64,000 nt of DNA from Mobula hypostoma (lineage: Eukaryota). The notes under the pieces are model-generated. The model was not told the DNA's origin. It did not search any database and saw nothing but the letters and a program-made list of their open reading frames with translations. A program made the position numbers and the translations under genes. Where the stretch lies: contig NC_086097.1 in the NCBI RefSeq assembly GCF_963921235.1, positions 19,904,001-19,968,000 of the forward strand, in the 5' to 3' direction. The number at the start of each line of letters is the position of its first letter. The stretch's first letter is position 1. This document shows positions 50,120 to 63,139 of the stretch, piece after piece.

Positions 50120-50780
50120 CAGAGTTCATGGATGACACAACAGTGGTTGGCCTCATCAACAATGACGAGACGGCGTATAGAGGAGGTAGAGTGAGTGGTA
50201 AAATGGTGTAAGCAGAACTTGAGTCTCAGCGTAGACAAAACTGAAGAGATGATTATGGACTTTAGGAAGATGCAGGTTCACCACTCCTCACTGCACATAA
50301 ATGGCTCCTCTGTGGATAGAGTTAGGAGCACCAAGTTTCTGGAAGTGCACAGAATGAACAATCTCACCTGGTCCCTCAACACCACGTCTTCAGTGAAGAA
50401 AGCACAGCTGGGTCTCCACTTCCAGAGGAGATTGAAGGAAGTGAGATTCCCCCCACCCCCTTCATTCTAACCAATTTGTATAGGAGCACAATTGAGTATC
50501 CTGACCAGCTGCATCACTGCCTGCTATGGGAATTACAAGGCATCTGACCACAAGATCCTACAAAAGATTGAGGACTGCTAAGCAAATCATTTTCACCCAC
50601 AAGAGATATTTATCTGGAGCACTGCATACCCAGGCCCTTATATTGACAATGATCTCTCCCATTCTTGCTACTAACTCTGACACATTACCATCAGGCAGGA
50701 GGTACTGTAGCATTAGGACCAGAACCATTAAGATGAGAAACAGTTTCTTCCCCCAAGCCTAAAGACTACTGAACTCTCTG
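50120..50780 (+). mobile_element. Rex1/Babar-like LINE 3' fragment
   Basis: FMDDTTVVG, WCKQN.L..KTEEMIMDFRK and LPSGRRY motifs. Confidence 0.75.
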
Positions 50781-51384
50781 CCACCACCCAGGTCTCACCA
50801 CATAACATAGTACTGTTTACTTTTTAACTTGTGATGTAAAATCATATTATTGTTAATTTGCAGTAATGTTTCTTGGTGTCGTGAGTTCTACGTACTCTGT
50901 TGTGCACCTTGATCTCAAGCAATGTTCCAAGGTGTGCAAGCACATCTTTTACTATTAGTGCAAAAAAAAATTTAAACTTGCACGAAAGGTTGTCACCCTC
51001 TACCTCGTTGGCAAGTTAAGTATATTTCACAATCGTGAAAAGGCAATCACATTTCCTTTTCCTGTTTCTGATGCAGACAGTGATGACAATGTGGAGTTTG
51101 CGATGATTTGACTGCAGGTTTTAGAACTGGCTTATTTATAATGTTTTTATTGAAGAAATTATTGATTCATTATGTCAAATTCCAAAGTAGCCAAGGGCAT
51201 GAAGTGCAAAAGACTGCTAGTTCATTTAAAGCTGAATGGCTTATTATCCTTGGAGCAGCTTCAGGTTTACTTCCACTTAAAAAATTCAGTGCACACGTTT
51301 TGCTGTCACTGAGCAAAAAATTGCATAGCACAAGATTTTTACATACACTGGTCATTACAAATTACAGGGAACATTGGTCTAGAG

Positions 51385-51464
51385 CAGGGGTTCCCAAACT
51401 TTTTTATGTCATGAAGCCTTACCGTCAACCGAGGGGTCTGTGGATGCCAGGTTGGGAATGACTG
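51385..51464. mobile_element. 80-bp hAT-Charlie-like MITE
   Basis: TIR CAGGGGTTCCCAA / TTGGGAATGACTG; 8-bp TSD GTCTAGAG / GTCGAGAG. Confidence 0.75.
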
Positions 51465-53621
51465 GTCGAGAGGAACTTTGTTTCACTTGGCAGTATGCAT
51501 GTATGGGGTTGAAATGACAATAAACTTGAACTTGATTTAATTTTCCTTTTTCAGCTTGGCTGAGTGGAGGCCTGGTACCATATAGTTTGTGTTCAGCACA
51601 AGCAGGTATCAATGACAAGACTTCCTGAGTGACTCTGGAAGATGGAGTAAGGAGCCTCTTTGTCTGAATCTGCATTTGAAAGAGGAAAGTTCTTTCAAAT
51701 TTCCACAAGTCTGGTTGGCGAGTCCAGAGGTAGTGGTGGACTAGAAACAGGAGGCCCAATGTGTGCAAGTCTGGTAGTCCAACCCAGAGACAAGAGGTTG
51801 GAGTGCCGAGGTCTGCGAGTTTAAGTGTCCAGGGCAAAGGAATGTTTTCCAGGGAGCGGAGTGAGCAAGTGGGGGGGAAAGGGGCTTGTCTTGCTGTTGT
51901 TCTCTTGATATTGCTGCTGTTACTGCTTGTGTTGTCCTGTATTGTGTGTCATGTTGAGCATATTATGTTGGCGTCAGAATGTGTGGCAACACTTGTGGGC
52001 TGGTCCCAGCATACCCTTGGGTGTGTTGATTGGAAGTGACACATTTTAATATACATGTACATTATTTCAATGTACATGTGATAAATAATCTACCATTTAA
52101 AAGATTGAGAAGTGAAGAGCAAATTCTGAGTTTATGGAGCTAATTGAAGAGGGGAAAAAAATACAAGAGAAGATAACGCCATGCATTTTGCAAATGTGCA
52201 GATGAAACTAATCTGCTCGTGTACGTCAAAGTCACAAGGAAAGTGCTAGCAATGTTGGGGCTATTTCTTCCAATGGTGCACCTAAATTCTACCAAAACAG
52301 CACAGAATTTCTAGAGGACCTCAAATAAACTCTGATTACCACTAGGAGAACTGAGAGCTGGATGGATTTAGTTGAATTTATGTCACTAGTGCAAATTATT
52401 CTAATTGCAATTCTTTTGGGCTGGTAATTCAGGTAGGAAGGACCTCTAATATATTGACTTGATTTAAGATCCAACCTTAGAGACTGATAAAGATAACAAT
52501 AAAGATATGCTATCCCTAGAGATTTTTTAATTCTATCTTGGCAGAATGTTGTGCATCTCTGAAAAGGGTTACACAGCTCTTAGACACCAATCACACTGGT
52601 TCAGAACTTCATGCTCAAAAGTAAAGACAGAAAATGCCAGAACTACTCAGTAGGTTGGACAGCATCTGTGGAGAGAAAAACAGAGTTAATATGTCAGGAC
52701 TGTTAAAAGTTAGAAATGAATAAAATTTTTAAATTGCAAAGAGGAGAAACAATAGCAGAAGTTTGGGATAGAGTGTAGATGAGGAGAAGTTGAATGATAA
52801 AATTAAATATAGAAAATGCTCAACAGGTCAAGCAGCACCTGTGGAGAGCTGAAACAAAGCTTCAGACCTGAAGAGTTTCAAATTGTAGAGATGGGAAAAG
52901 GGACTGTGTGTGACAGGTGGAGATTAACAGGGATTTGAATGATATGAGTGATAATCTATCTGAAGAAGGTGTAAGCAGAGGAAGATGATTGAAAACCAAA
53001 GTAGAAAAAGAAAAAGCAATGCCAAAGCTATCCAATACAAAATCTTAAAAATGCAAAACACTGCAGATTTGGGAAATCTAAAATGAAAGCTGGAAATACT
53101 TAGCATGTTAGGCACCATCTGTAGAGAGAAAAGCATCTCAATTCTCCACAGATGGTGTTATTTCAAAGATTCTACATTTTAAATTCAGATTGCCAGCACC
53201 TGCGACTGTCTACTTCCCAATAGCTCAAGAACAGTTGTACATTTAGCATTTGACACCATTCATTCTTAATTTCACAAACAGCAAAATTACACTCACAAAC
53301 ATAATTAATGTGTATTTTCTTTTAGTCATCTTTTCTCCACCAGATTCACCCTAATTGGCCATTGCTATTTCCTTGTTTTTTTTTCTTTATCCACTTCTTT
53401 CATTTGACAGGTGAAACAAATCAAATTTTCAACCATGTACAGCAATCTGAAGGGCAATGGAAATCCAGTTCAAGTAGTTCAGGACAAGATGCACATTACA
53501 GCATTTTTGGATTATATTTACAATCATGATTAATAAATAATTTGCTCCAAAACATCTCCCAGATGTCCAAAAACACCTCCCAGATGTCAATCACATTTGC
53601 CCAAATGGACATAGTAAACCA

Positions 53622-53627
53622 TTTATT
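53622..53627 (-). terminator. Candidate LIN52 polyadenylation signal (AATAAA; alternatives at 53663 and 53721)
   Basis: Cluster of minus-strand AATAAA at the end of a TE-poor, AT-rich 2.2-kb stretch after the stop codon; followed by GU-rich sequence. Confidence 0.35.
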
Positions 53628-54318
53628 AGAAAATGCAATAGTGGTTGATTTTCAATTAAATATTTATTTCCAAGGGCTGCATTCAAATGATTGAGAAGAT
53701 ATTTTAAAAAGTAATTCACATTTATTAATTCAAAAATAAAATGTATCATATAAGTATTTGACTAATTAGTGCACAAGACTGTTCAAGAAAATAAGTCCTG
53801 TTTCACATGTCTAAAATAAACTAAACCCAAGCATAAAACTTAAACAGCAATGGTCCAGATACATCTACGTTAAGTAAAAATCCATTGAATAGAGGCCTCA
53901 AAGATTCATGTGACTGAGACATAGGAGCCAAATCCTTTTACAAGTAAAACTGTAAGGCCTAATCTGTTTGGGATGCCTCCAAACTGCTTTAGTGGTCAAG
54001 TTTCCAGCTATATCTGTCGTCAGTCTATTCCTATCATATCACCCTGATCCTTATTCCAAAACATCAGACTTAAGCTCAATAAGGCTATAAATACATTCTT
54101 AAAGGATGGTTTTCACCTTACCAGAAGCTTGCAGTGGGTATTGTGTTTATTAGACTGGGCTGAACAGTATCTTGCAGAGCAACACATCAGACTGGATATG
54201 AAAATTTGGGGTCCTTCCACTCCCCAAGATTTCTAATGACATCTGTCCCAGATGTGTAAAGTTACCATAAAGTACATCAAGAGTTTAGCTTTATGTTCTT
54301 TACCTCAAATATAAAATA

Positions 54319-54562
54319 AAAGGAAAGGTACGTCGCATCCAGAGTTTCTCCAGTTAGCGGACGATTTCCCTCCACGCCTCTCTGATGTAGTGGGGAACTG
54401 CATATGAGGCAAGTTACAGCAGTGGTTTGCCATTGCCTTCTGCCGGGTGAGTTTCCAAAGAGCTTCACCAGCTCATAACTCACCACGGATGGAAAGCGTG
54501 CAGGGGAGCCGGCTAGATTCGAACTCGGGACCTTTCACCCCACTACGCCACCAGCTGGGTCG
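54319..54562 (-). mobile_element. tRNA-headed SINE with an RTE-type 3' part (Sauria-SINE-like)
   Basis: A/B boxes GGTGGCGTAGTGG..GAGTTCGAATC; GAAGGCAATGGCAAACCACT; ACCTTT tail; 12-bp TSD AAATATAAAATA at 54307-54318 and 54563-54574. Confidence 0.8.
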
Positions 54563-55799
54563 AAATATAAAATATTCAATCAAAATTTGGTTTAAAATAT
54601 ATTTATTTTTCTTAATATAACCCTGTCCCAAAAATTCACCTTCAATCTTAGCAGCCTACTTTAATTAAACCTCCAAGGTGATCACAGAACATTACAGACT
54701 AAGCCCTCCTGGAGGAAGGGTCAGTAAAACAAAGTAAGTTTTTTTTTCTTTCAAAGTTAATCAGGCAATAATTAAATGTGTCAATTTTAATGTGATACTG
54801 GAAGAATAAAAAGCAAAGTGAAATTTACTTCCCTAGAAAAATCATGCATTTAAATCAGAATTTCTTACCTGTTGTACTCTTTCCAATTTTTTCATATGGC
54901 CTTTCTCTGGATCAAAAAGATCCAGAAACAATTTTAATTGCTCTGTTTTGTCAATGGGCATGTTATTAATATATCTTATTTTGTTTCCTCCTTTGAATTT
55001 TTCTTTTGTTTGCCAGCCCAGTCTTTTATACCATGTTGGTGGAAAATGTACTTTAATGTATCATGAGAATTTCCAACTAAACCTTCCTGTTGTTCTACTT
55101 TGAAGAATACCAGTTCAGTAGAGTCAACTAAATTTTTATAGATTCTATCACAATATATGAATTAAAAAACACTGCAAGGCAGCAAAATAATAAAAACAAG
55201 ATGATCTATCAAATTATCAGAAATGCTGAATGCTCGACTGACCTCATCTCAAACCTAGAAGATTGTTACATCTTTTGAAATGTGCTGTCTTGCATTAATC
55301 TACATGGTATTCAGAAGTGAGAATTGTGGTAGCAGTTTAATTGCATACCCAGGCACTGTATATTTTTGTAATTTGTTACCCCATCAGAAGTAATACTATT
55401 TATTTTGTAAAGATGGACATGTGCTGTTAAGAATCACATGTCTTTAACTAAAGTGCTATCATTCTGCATAACTTCACTGCTGTTGCTGGAGAACAGTAGA
55501 TTATGGAAAATATATCTAGATTAGTACACCACAATAATAACTTTGTTATTTGACATGCATGTGATAAACTAAACTCTGTCTCTTCGACACTAATTGTGAT
55601 CTCTGTTTGCATTTAAAAACGATTTGCCTTGCAGGCTAAAAGATGAGTTCTTCACAAAATGTGGTCTTGTGTTGCACTATTACATAGGCAGTTTGAACAG
55701 ATGCCACGTGAAGGCATTTGTAGATCTGAAGCAGACAGTGACTGTCTCTGAACAAGTGCTGAGTCTTCTTGCAGAAGCAAGCGGTTTGGAGTTATACAG

Positions 55800-55855
55800 C
55801 TATTTCTTGGGCCGTTCCAAGATGTTTAAGAACTTTCCTCTTGTCATTTCTCGTG
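55800..55855 (-). CDS. LIN52: Terminal coding exon of protein lin-52 homolog (MuvB/DREAM subunit)
   Basis: Acceptor TTTTGTTTTCCAG|CA CGA GAA ATG ACA AGA GGA AAG TTC TTA AAC ATC TTG GAA CGG CCC AAG AAA TAG = (S)REMTRGKFLNILERPKK*; recalled human end is SREMTRGKFLNILEKPKK. Confidence 0.93.
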
Positions 55856-56031
55856 CTGGAAAACAAAATATGGTAGAATATAATAACATATGGACTGATT
55901 TGTGTAAAAACATCTTGTCTGTCAGTCATCTGAGAAGACAATGTGGTTGTTTGGTGGTTACAGCAAGAAATTAAAGAATATACATCATTATCTGTGAAAT
56001 TGAACTGCATAAATCTGATGACCTGCTAGGT

Positions 56032-56234
56032 CAGTGGTCCCCAACCATCGGGCTGTGAGGAAACAATATGATTTGGCAATATGAAACGATATGAGTCAGC
56101 TGCACCTTTCCTCATTCCCTGTCACGCACTGTTGAACTTGAACACCCACCCCGCCCCCCCACCCATCGGCCGGTCCGCAAGAATATCGTCAATATTAAAC
56201 TGGTCCACCGTGCAAAAAAGGTTGGGGACCCCTG
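56032..56234. mobile_element. hAT-Charlie-like MITE in the LIN52 intron
   Basis: TIR CAGTGGTCCCCAACC / GGTTGGGGACCCCTG; CTAGGT on both flanks. Confidence 0.75.
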
Positions 56235-56944
56235 TCTAGGTACCTCATGAGGAAGTTAGCCACATCCTCACAAACCTATCCAATACAAATAGCCTGGCAG
56301 GAGGGACCATCACCTGATCAAAAAAGTTTCATCTTTACAGTAAAGAATTCTTCATCGCATTCTATTCTAAATGGAACAAAAGATCTAGCAACCCAGAACA
56401 TTAATACAGGAGTTATTCAGGGAAGTGTTCTTGGCCTATGTATTTTTAGCTATCCTTTCCATAAGTCAAGATACATATTATTCTCTGAAAATCTTACAGT
56501 GCTTGACATATTTCAAACACCTCTAATAACTTATACTCTACAGGAAGACTCAAATAAGATTTTGGTTCTTGACCAGTTCAAGCCAGAGATTTTGACCATC
56601 CCCACTATGAAAAAACTCCAATCTTCTTCTAATCAGCAGTAAAACTACCACTGCCATGCCCCCAGCATCAATATGTTGTAGGTGATGAGTGAAAAAACAG
56701 CTTAATTTCAGAGTAAAAGTGTAGATATTCTGCAATGAATAGATTATCAATTCCATTTCTCAAACTTTCTTCTACAGGACTCATCTGCACCATAATAGTG
56801 TTCTGACCATTTGTGTGGGAAGATGAAAGATCTATCTCATTTACCTGTGCTACACTTCTTCAGTAACTTTTACATTTTACTTTATTGTTTTACTTTACTC
56901 TAGCTCAATGCACGGTGTAATGATTTGACCTGTATAATTACAGA

Positions 56945-57610
56945 TCAACAGAAGGATCTTTGAGTCCACATCCATAGATCCCTCAAAGTTGCTACACAAG
57001 TTGATAGGGTGGTTAAGAAGGTGTAGGGTGTGTCAGCCTTCATTAGTCAGAGGACTGAGTTCGAGAGCCAAGAGGTAATGTTGCAGCTCTATAAAACACT
57101 GGTTGGACCCCACTTGAAATATGTTCAGCTCTGGTCACCTCGTTATACAAAGGATGGACAAGTTTTTAGAGAAGGTGCAGAGGAGATTTACTAGGATGCT
57201 GCCTGGACTTGAGAGTATGTCTTATGAGGATAGCTTGAGTGAGATAGGACTTTCCTCTTTTGAGCAAAGAAAGATGAAAGGTGATTTGACAGAGGTATAC
57301 AAGATGATAAGAGGCATAGATCAAGTGGATAGCCAGAGACTTTTTCCCCGGGCAGAAATGGCTAATACCAGGGGATATAATTTTAAGGAGATTGGAGGAA
57401 AGAATTTGTTTTTATACACAAAGTTGAATGGTGGTGGTAGAGGTAAATATATAAGGAGCATTTAATTGCCTCTTAGATAGACAACTTAATAGGAGTGAAC
57501 TGAAGAGCTACGTAGGAGGGAAGGGTTAGACAGATCTTAGAGTAGGTTAAAAGGTCAGCACAAGATTGTGGGCTGAAGGTCCGTACTGTGCTGTAGTGTT
57601 CTATGTTCTA
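56945..57610 (+). mobile_element. CR1 LINE 3' fragment
   Basis: LEKVQRRFTRMLPGL..KGDL; tail GTTCTATGTTCTA. Confidence 0.85.
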
Positions 57611-58899
57611 AATAGTACAGATTTCTGTATTGCTGAACAGAGTGAGTACACAATGTGGGTATGTATGTTTCTACATACTTGTGATAAATAAATGAGTTGA
57701 AACAGTATGCAAGACAAGTTTTCTACTATATCTTGGTACATGTGACAATAATAAACCAATACCAAAGCAAAGATTCAATTTTTTTTCTTGTTGACTGCTT
57801 AATGTCCTGCTGATGCCTACAATGATACAGCATGGCTATAGTTTCTGCTATGTGCACGGTTATTTTGCCACCATCTTTTTGCCACAAGCCTCAATGAATG
57901 AGAGGGGTGCATGTTAGCTAGCAAGTCCACACCCCTAAAAAAAAATTCTCCAAGATATTGCAATGTCAAAAGATTAGCAATCCTGAAATTCTTCTGGACA
58001 TCACCTGCACTCAGAGGAATGAGTGGCGAATAACAAAGAGAAATCCTTGCAGCTCCTGTCTATTTTGGGATAATTATCATCTGTATTGCTAGAATTCTCC
58101 CTAAATGAATTCAGAAAATGAAAGGGCTAATTTTCAAATGCAGAACAGTCACTAATTTCTCCCTCCATGTCTTGAAATGAAATCAAAAATGCTTTGTTCA
58201 TAAATCTGCAATTATAAATTTGGACTTTCTAACACTGGAACTTCTTGCATTCAGACTGACAGCAAAGTAGAATTAGTGTCTGAACTCTCAGAGTGAACTT
58301 ACTGGTTAACGTGAACTCCTCTCAACGGGAGGAGAGTGGCTAAAAAATGGTGTCAAAATATCTTTGTCATCACTAAATTGATTGAACTGTTAGAAGTGAA
58401 GGCACGAAGTATACAATATTGCAGCACACAGATCATTTAGATCTTCATATCGCTATCAATTCTTTGAAGGAGCAGTTCAAATATTAACATACCAGTCACA
58501 GAACATTATAATGCCACTACATCACATCTGCTGCTTCACATCTTTAGTGATCTGGTTCAATCCTGACCTGTGGTGCTGTTTGTGTGGAGTTTGCAGACTG
58601 TCCCAGTGGGCTTCTTCCCATGTTCCAAAGAAATGTGTGTTGGTCATTTAACTGTCCATTGTAAATTGCCCCAAGGATAGGTGTGTGGTATAATCTGGGG
58701 AGAGTTGATGAGAAGATGGATGAATAAAATGAAATTAGTGTGAATGGTTACTTAATGGCTGACATGGATTCAGTGGGCTGAAGAGCCTGTGTGTGCTGTA
58801 TGACTATGAAAATACCAGATGTAATCTGTTACTTTCCTGTTTGAACCCAACACATGAACTCTTCCCTTCAACCACCCAAAAAAAGGTATCACATTGCTA

Positions 58900-60381
58900 T
58901 TTTCTTCATCTTGCAATCACTGGAGTTATCCAGGATGATCTCCCAAGGGGTTGTCTATTGGTGGGTCCTCAAGCAGAGGAGGTGTTGATCCAGCATCCAC
59001 ACGTTCTGGTGCAGTATTCGCACAAGTGGTTAGTGGATGAGACATTTGGTTGTTCAGTCTCCCTTTTCGCAGCTGCTGTTTGTTCTCTGCGGCACAGTGG
59101 AAGTCACTCTAATGTAACATAGCCCCCTCTTGAACAGATTTCCTCCAGGTGTATCCATTGAGTACAATGTCTTCCTAGTTTTTAGAGGTAATATTTAATT
59201 TCTTCAAGATGATTTTGAATCCATCTTTGAAGCATTTCCATTGCCCACCAGGGGATCGCTGACCTTCCTTCAACTGGGAGTAAAAGATCTACTGGAGCAG
59301 GGGTGTTGACATGACCCATCCATTGGTGTTGGTGTTACTTTATCATGGTGGAGATGCTGTTTATGTTGGCTTCCTCCAGAATGCTGGTGTTAGTACATCT
59401 GTCCTCCTAGCTGATCCTCAAAATCTTTCAAAGGGTTCTTTGGTGATATTATTCAAGGGCTTTTAGATGTATACTGTAGGTGGTGTATGGTTCAACTCCA
59501 TTCAGAGGAAGGACAACTGCTCTAAAGACCATTGCACTACTCAGGACATGGTTGATCTGAGTCGATATCTGCTTTTGAGGAGAGAATGCGGCCAAGGTAG
59601 GGAAAGTAGTCCACATTTTCAAGGGCGATATCATCAACTTTTATGGAAGACTGGATAAATGGCTGGTTGGGTGGTGATTGATATAGTACCTATGTCTTGT
59701 TTATATTCAAACAAGACCCTATGTTTTATATGCATTGGCAAAGACATTCAGGATACATTGGAGTTCTTCAGAGTCTGGTACAAAGACAGTGTCATCTGTA
59801 TACTGAAGCTCCATGATAGTGGTGATGCTGACTTAGTTCTTGGCCTTGATCCAGTTGAGGTTGAAAAGCTGCTGTCCATTCTATACACAACTGAGATTCC
59901 CTGTGTCATGGCCAACGAGGTGAATGATGGCAGCAATAAAAATGCCAGATAAGGTGGGCACAATGATACAGCCCTGTTTAACCAATCTTGATAGTGAAGG
60001 GTTCTGGTTCAGTGCCACTATTACTGAGTACTATGGCTGACATGCCATCAGGCAGTAGCCTCAGTATTCATAAGTACTTGTCAGGACAGCCATGTGCTGA
60101 CAGCATACGCCTGAGAGCTTGGCACTCTACTGCATCAAATGGCTTTGTCAAACCTATGAAAGCCAAATACAAGGATTGCCTTTGTTCACAGTAATTTCCT
60201 GCAATTAGCATGCTGCAAAGATCATGTCTACAGTACCTCTAGATGAGCAGAAACCACACTGTGATTCAGGAAGTACTTCTTCAGCTAGTGGAAGGAGTCG
60301 GTTGACCAGGATACATGAAAGCACTATGCCTGTTGTTCACAAGAGGGAAATGCCTCTAATTGTCACAATCGGCCTCACCTC
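58900..60381 (-). mobile_element. Decayed RTE-clade LINE
   Basis: ESQCGFCSSRGTVDMIF, KQGCIIVP and GGQWKCFKD motifs read by hand on the minus strand; flanked by a direct repeat of about 55 bp. Confidence 0.75.
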
Positions 60382-60584
60382 CCTGTTTGAACCCAACCTG
60401 TGAACTCTTCCCTTCACCCACCCAAAAAGGCATCTCTGCTCTTTTACCAACCACTCAATGCCACGGCTCTTTGGTAATCTTGAACTATATTATTTCACTT
60501 AGTTCATATGGGATTTTCATCATGTTCAGTAACATCTAACACAGAACAATATACCAAAGAATAAACAAAAGGAAAATCATTTTA

Positions 60585-61742
60585 GAAACATAGAAAACCT
60601 ACAGCACAATACAGACCCTTCTGCCCACAATGCCCTCTATTTTTCTAAGTTCCATGCAACTATCCAGGAGTCTCTTAAAAGACCCTATTGTGTCCGCCTC
60701 CACCACCATTGCTGACAGCCCATTCCACACACTCACCACTCTTTACATAAAAAACTTACCCCTGACATCTCCTCTGTACCTACTTCCAAGCACCTTAAAA
60801 AAACTGTGCCCTCTCAAGACAGCCATTTCAGCCCTGGGGAAAAAGCCTCTGACTATCCACACAATCATCTTATACACCTCTATCAGGTCACCTTTCATCC
60901 TCCATCGCTCCAAGGAGAAAAGGCAGAGTTCACTCAGCCTTTTCTCATAAGGCGTGCTCCCCTATCCAAGCAACATCCTTGTAAATCTCCTCTGCCCTTT
61001 CTATAGTTTCCATATCCTTCCTGTAGTGAGGTGACCAGAACTGAACACAGTACTCCAGGTGGGATCTGACCAGGGTCCTATATAGCTGTAACATTACCTC
61101 TTGACTCAAACTCAATCCCACGGTTGATGAAGGCCAATGCACCATATGCCTTCTTAACCACAGAGTCAACCTGCGCAGCAGCTTTGAGTGTCCTATGGAC
61201 TCGGACCCCAAGATCCCTCTGATCCTCCACACTGCCAAGAGTCTTACCATTAACACTATATTCTGCCATCATATTCGACCCACCAAAATGAACCACCTCA
61301 CACTTATCCAGGTTGAACTCCATCTGCCACCTCTCAACCCAGTTTTGTATCCATTGATGTCCTGCTGTAACCTCTGACAGCCCTCCACACTATCCACAAC
61401 ACCCCCAACCTTTGTGTCATCAGCAAATTTACTAACCCATCCCTCCACGTCCTCATCCAGGTCATTTATAAAAATCACAAAGAGAAGGGGTCCCAGAACA
61501 GATCCCTGAGGCACACCACTGGTGACCAACCTCCATGCAGAATATGACCTGTCTACAACCACTCTTTGCCTTCTGTGGGCAAGCCAATTCTGGATCCACA
61601 AAGCAAGGTCCGCTTGGATCCCATGCCTCCTTACTTTCTCAGTAAGTTTTGCATGGGGTACTTTATCAAATGCCTTGCTGAAACCCATGTACACTACATC
61701 AACTGCTCTACCTGCATCAACATGTTTGGTCATATCCTCCAA
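60585..61742 (-). mobile_element. CR1 LINE RT fragment
   Basis: [30 protein letters not shown] and KFADDTK motifs. Confidence 0.92.
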
Positions 61743-63139
61743 AAATTATTTCATTTTCTCTAGAAATGCAGCAAATTAACAGGCTCTTCCAGCCCAATGG
61801 ACCCATGCCACTAAATTACACCCATGTGACCAATTAACCTACTAACCGGTATGTCTTTGGATTGTGGGAGGAAACCCACGCAGTCACAGGAGAGAATGTA
61901 CAAACACCTTACAGGAAATGAATCTGGGTGGCTGATGCTATAAAGCATTGCACTAACCCCTATGCTTTCGTGCCACCACTAAAACAAAAACTTGAGGTTA
62001 TTAGTGTTTTTATCAATCTATGTAACACCTACAATAGAGAGTAGACCATGAAAAGGCTGGAATTGTGTTTCGTTTCACAGCACTGATATATATGTCACTT
62101 TCATAAAGAAGAGAATTAATCAAATGTCTTTCTTGAGAGAACATACTAATTTAACTAGAGGTAGCAAAGTAAGTGATTTTATTGTGGCCTTACTATTTCG
62201 GAGTTTATACTTTAATTCTGTATGACCATTTGAGTTGAGGGGTTATTGACAGGCAGCTTTCAAGTCCCCAGCATGAAGAGGAAAAGGTCAGCTTGTTTTC
62301 CAATCAGCTGTCAAGTGTTAGTCAATAACCAGATTCTTGCCACTGGCACCTGTCAGCAAACATGGAGGGCACTGTGTTGTACCTGTCAATAACTGACAAC
62401 ATCAATTGCATTGGCGTGGAGTTTCCTCAGTGGTAGAACAGTTACAGTAGCCCTTGCAAACACTTTGATTCACAGAACACTGAAGTTTTCCAAGGCAAAG
62501 GCATTCAAGAGATAAATAAAAATATGTGGGGGCAAAACCGAAATAAAACAGTGTAGAATATAAACTCAGTGGTCACTTTATTAGATACCTCATGTCCATA
62601 TAGAGGGGCCACTGAGTGTATGTTTGTGGTCTTCTGCCCATCTACCTCAAGGTTCAGCGTGTTGTGTGTTCAGAGATGCTCTTCTCTACACCATTGTTGT
62701 TATGAGTGGTTATTCAAGTTACTGTCATCTAGAACCAGTCTGGCCTTTCTCCTTTGACTTCTCTCATTAACAAGGAGTTTTCACCCACAGAACTGTCACT
62801 CACTGGATATTTTGCTTTTTGCACCATTCTCTGTAAATTCTGGAGAATGTTGTGCGAAAATCCCAGGAATTTCAGCAGTTTCTGCGATACTCCATCGCAT
62901 CCACGATCAAGGTCATTTAGATCACATTTCTTCCCCATATTGCTGTTTGGTCTGAACAACTGAACCTCTTGAGCATGTTTATGCATTGAGTTGCTGCCAC
63001 ACGATTGCCTAGTCAGATATTTGCGTTAGGGTGTAGAGGTGCATCTAATGAATGTAGTTTTACTGTTACAGAGGAAGTGGAATACAGATAGACAAATAAA
63101 GTACAAGGGCCATGATGAGTTAGATTAAGACAGTAAGAT

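Noticed and set aside
54500..54562. tRNA gene
   Set aside because: The A/B boxes belong to a SINE head; no full cloverleaf.
55624..55974. 116-aa plus-strand ORF
   Set aside because: Antisense to the LIN52 last exon and UTR; no recognisable homology.
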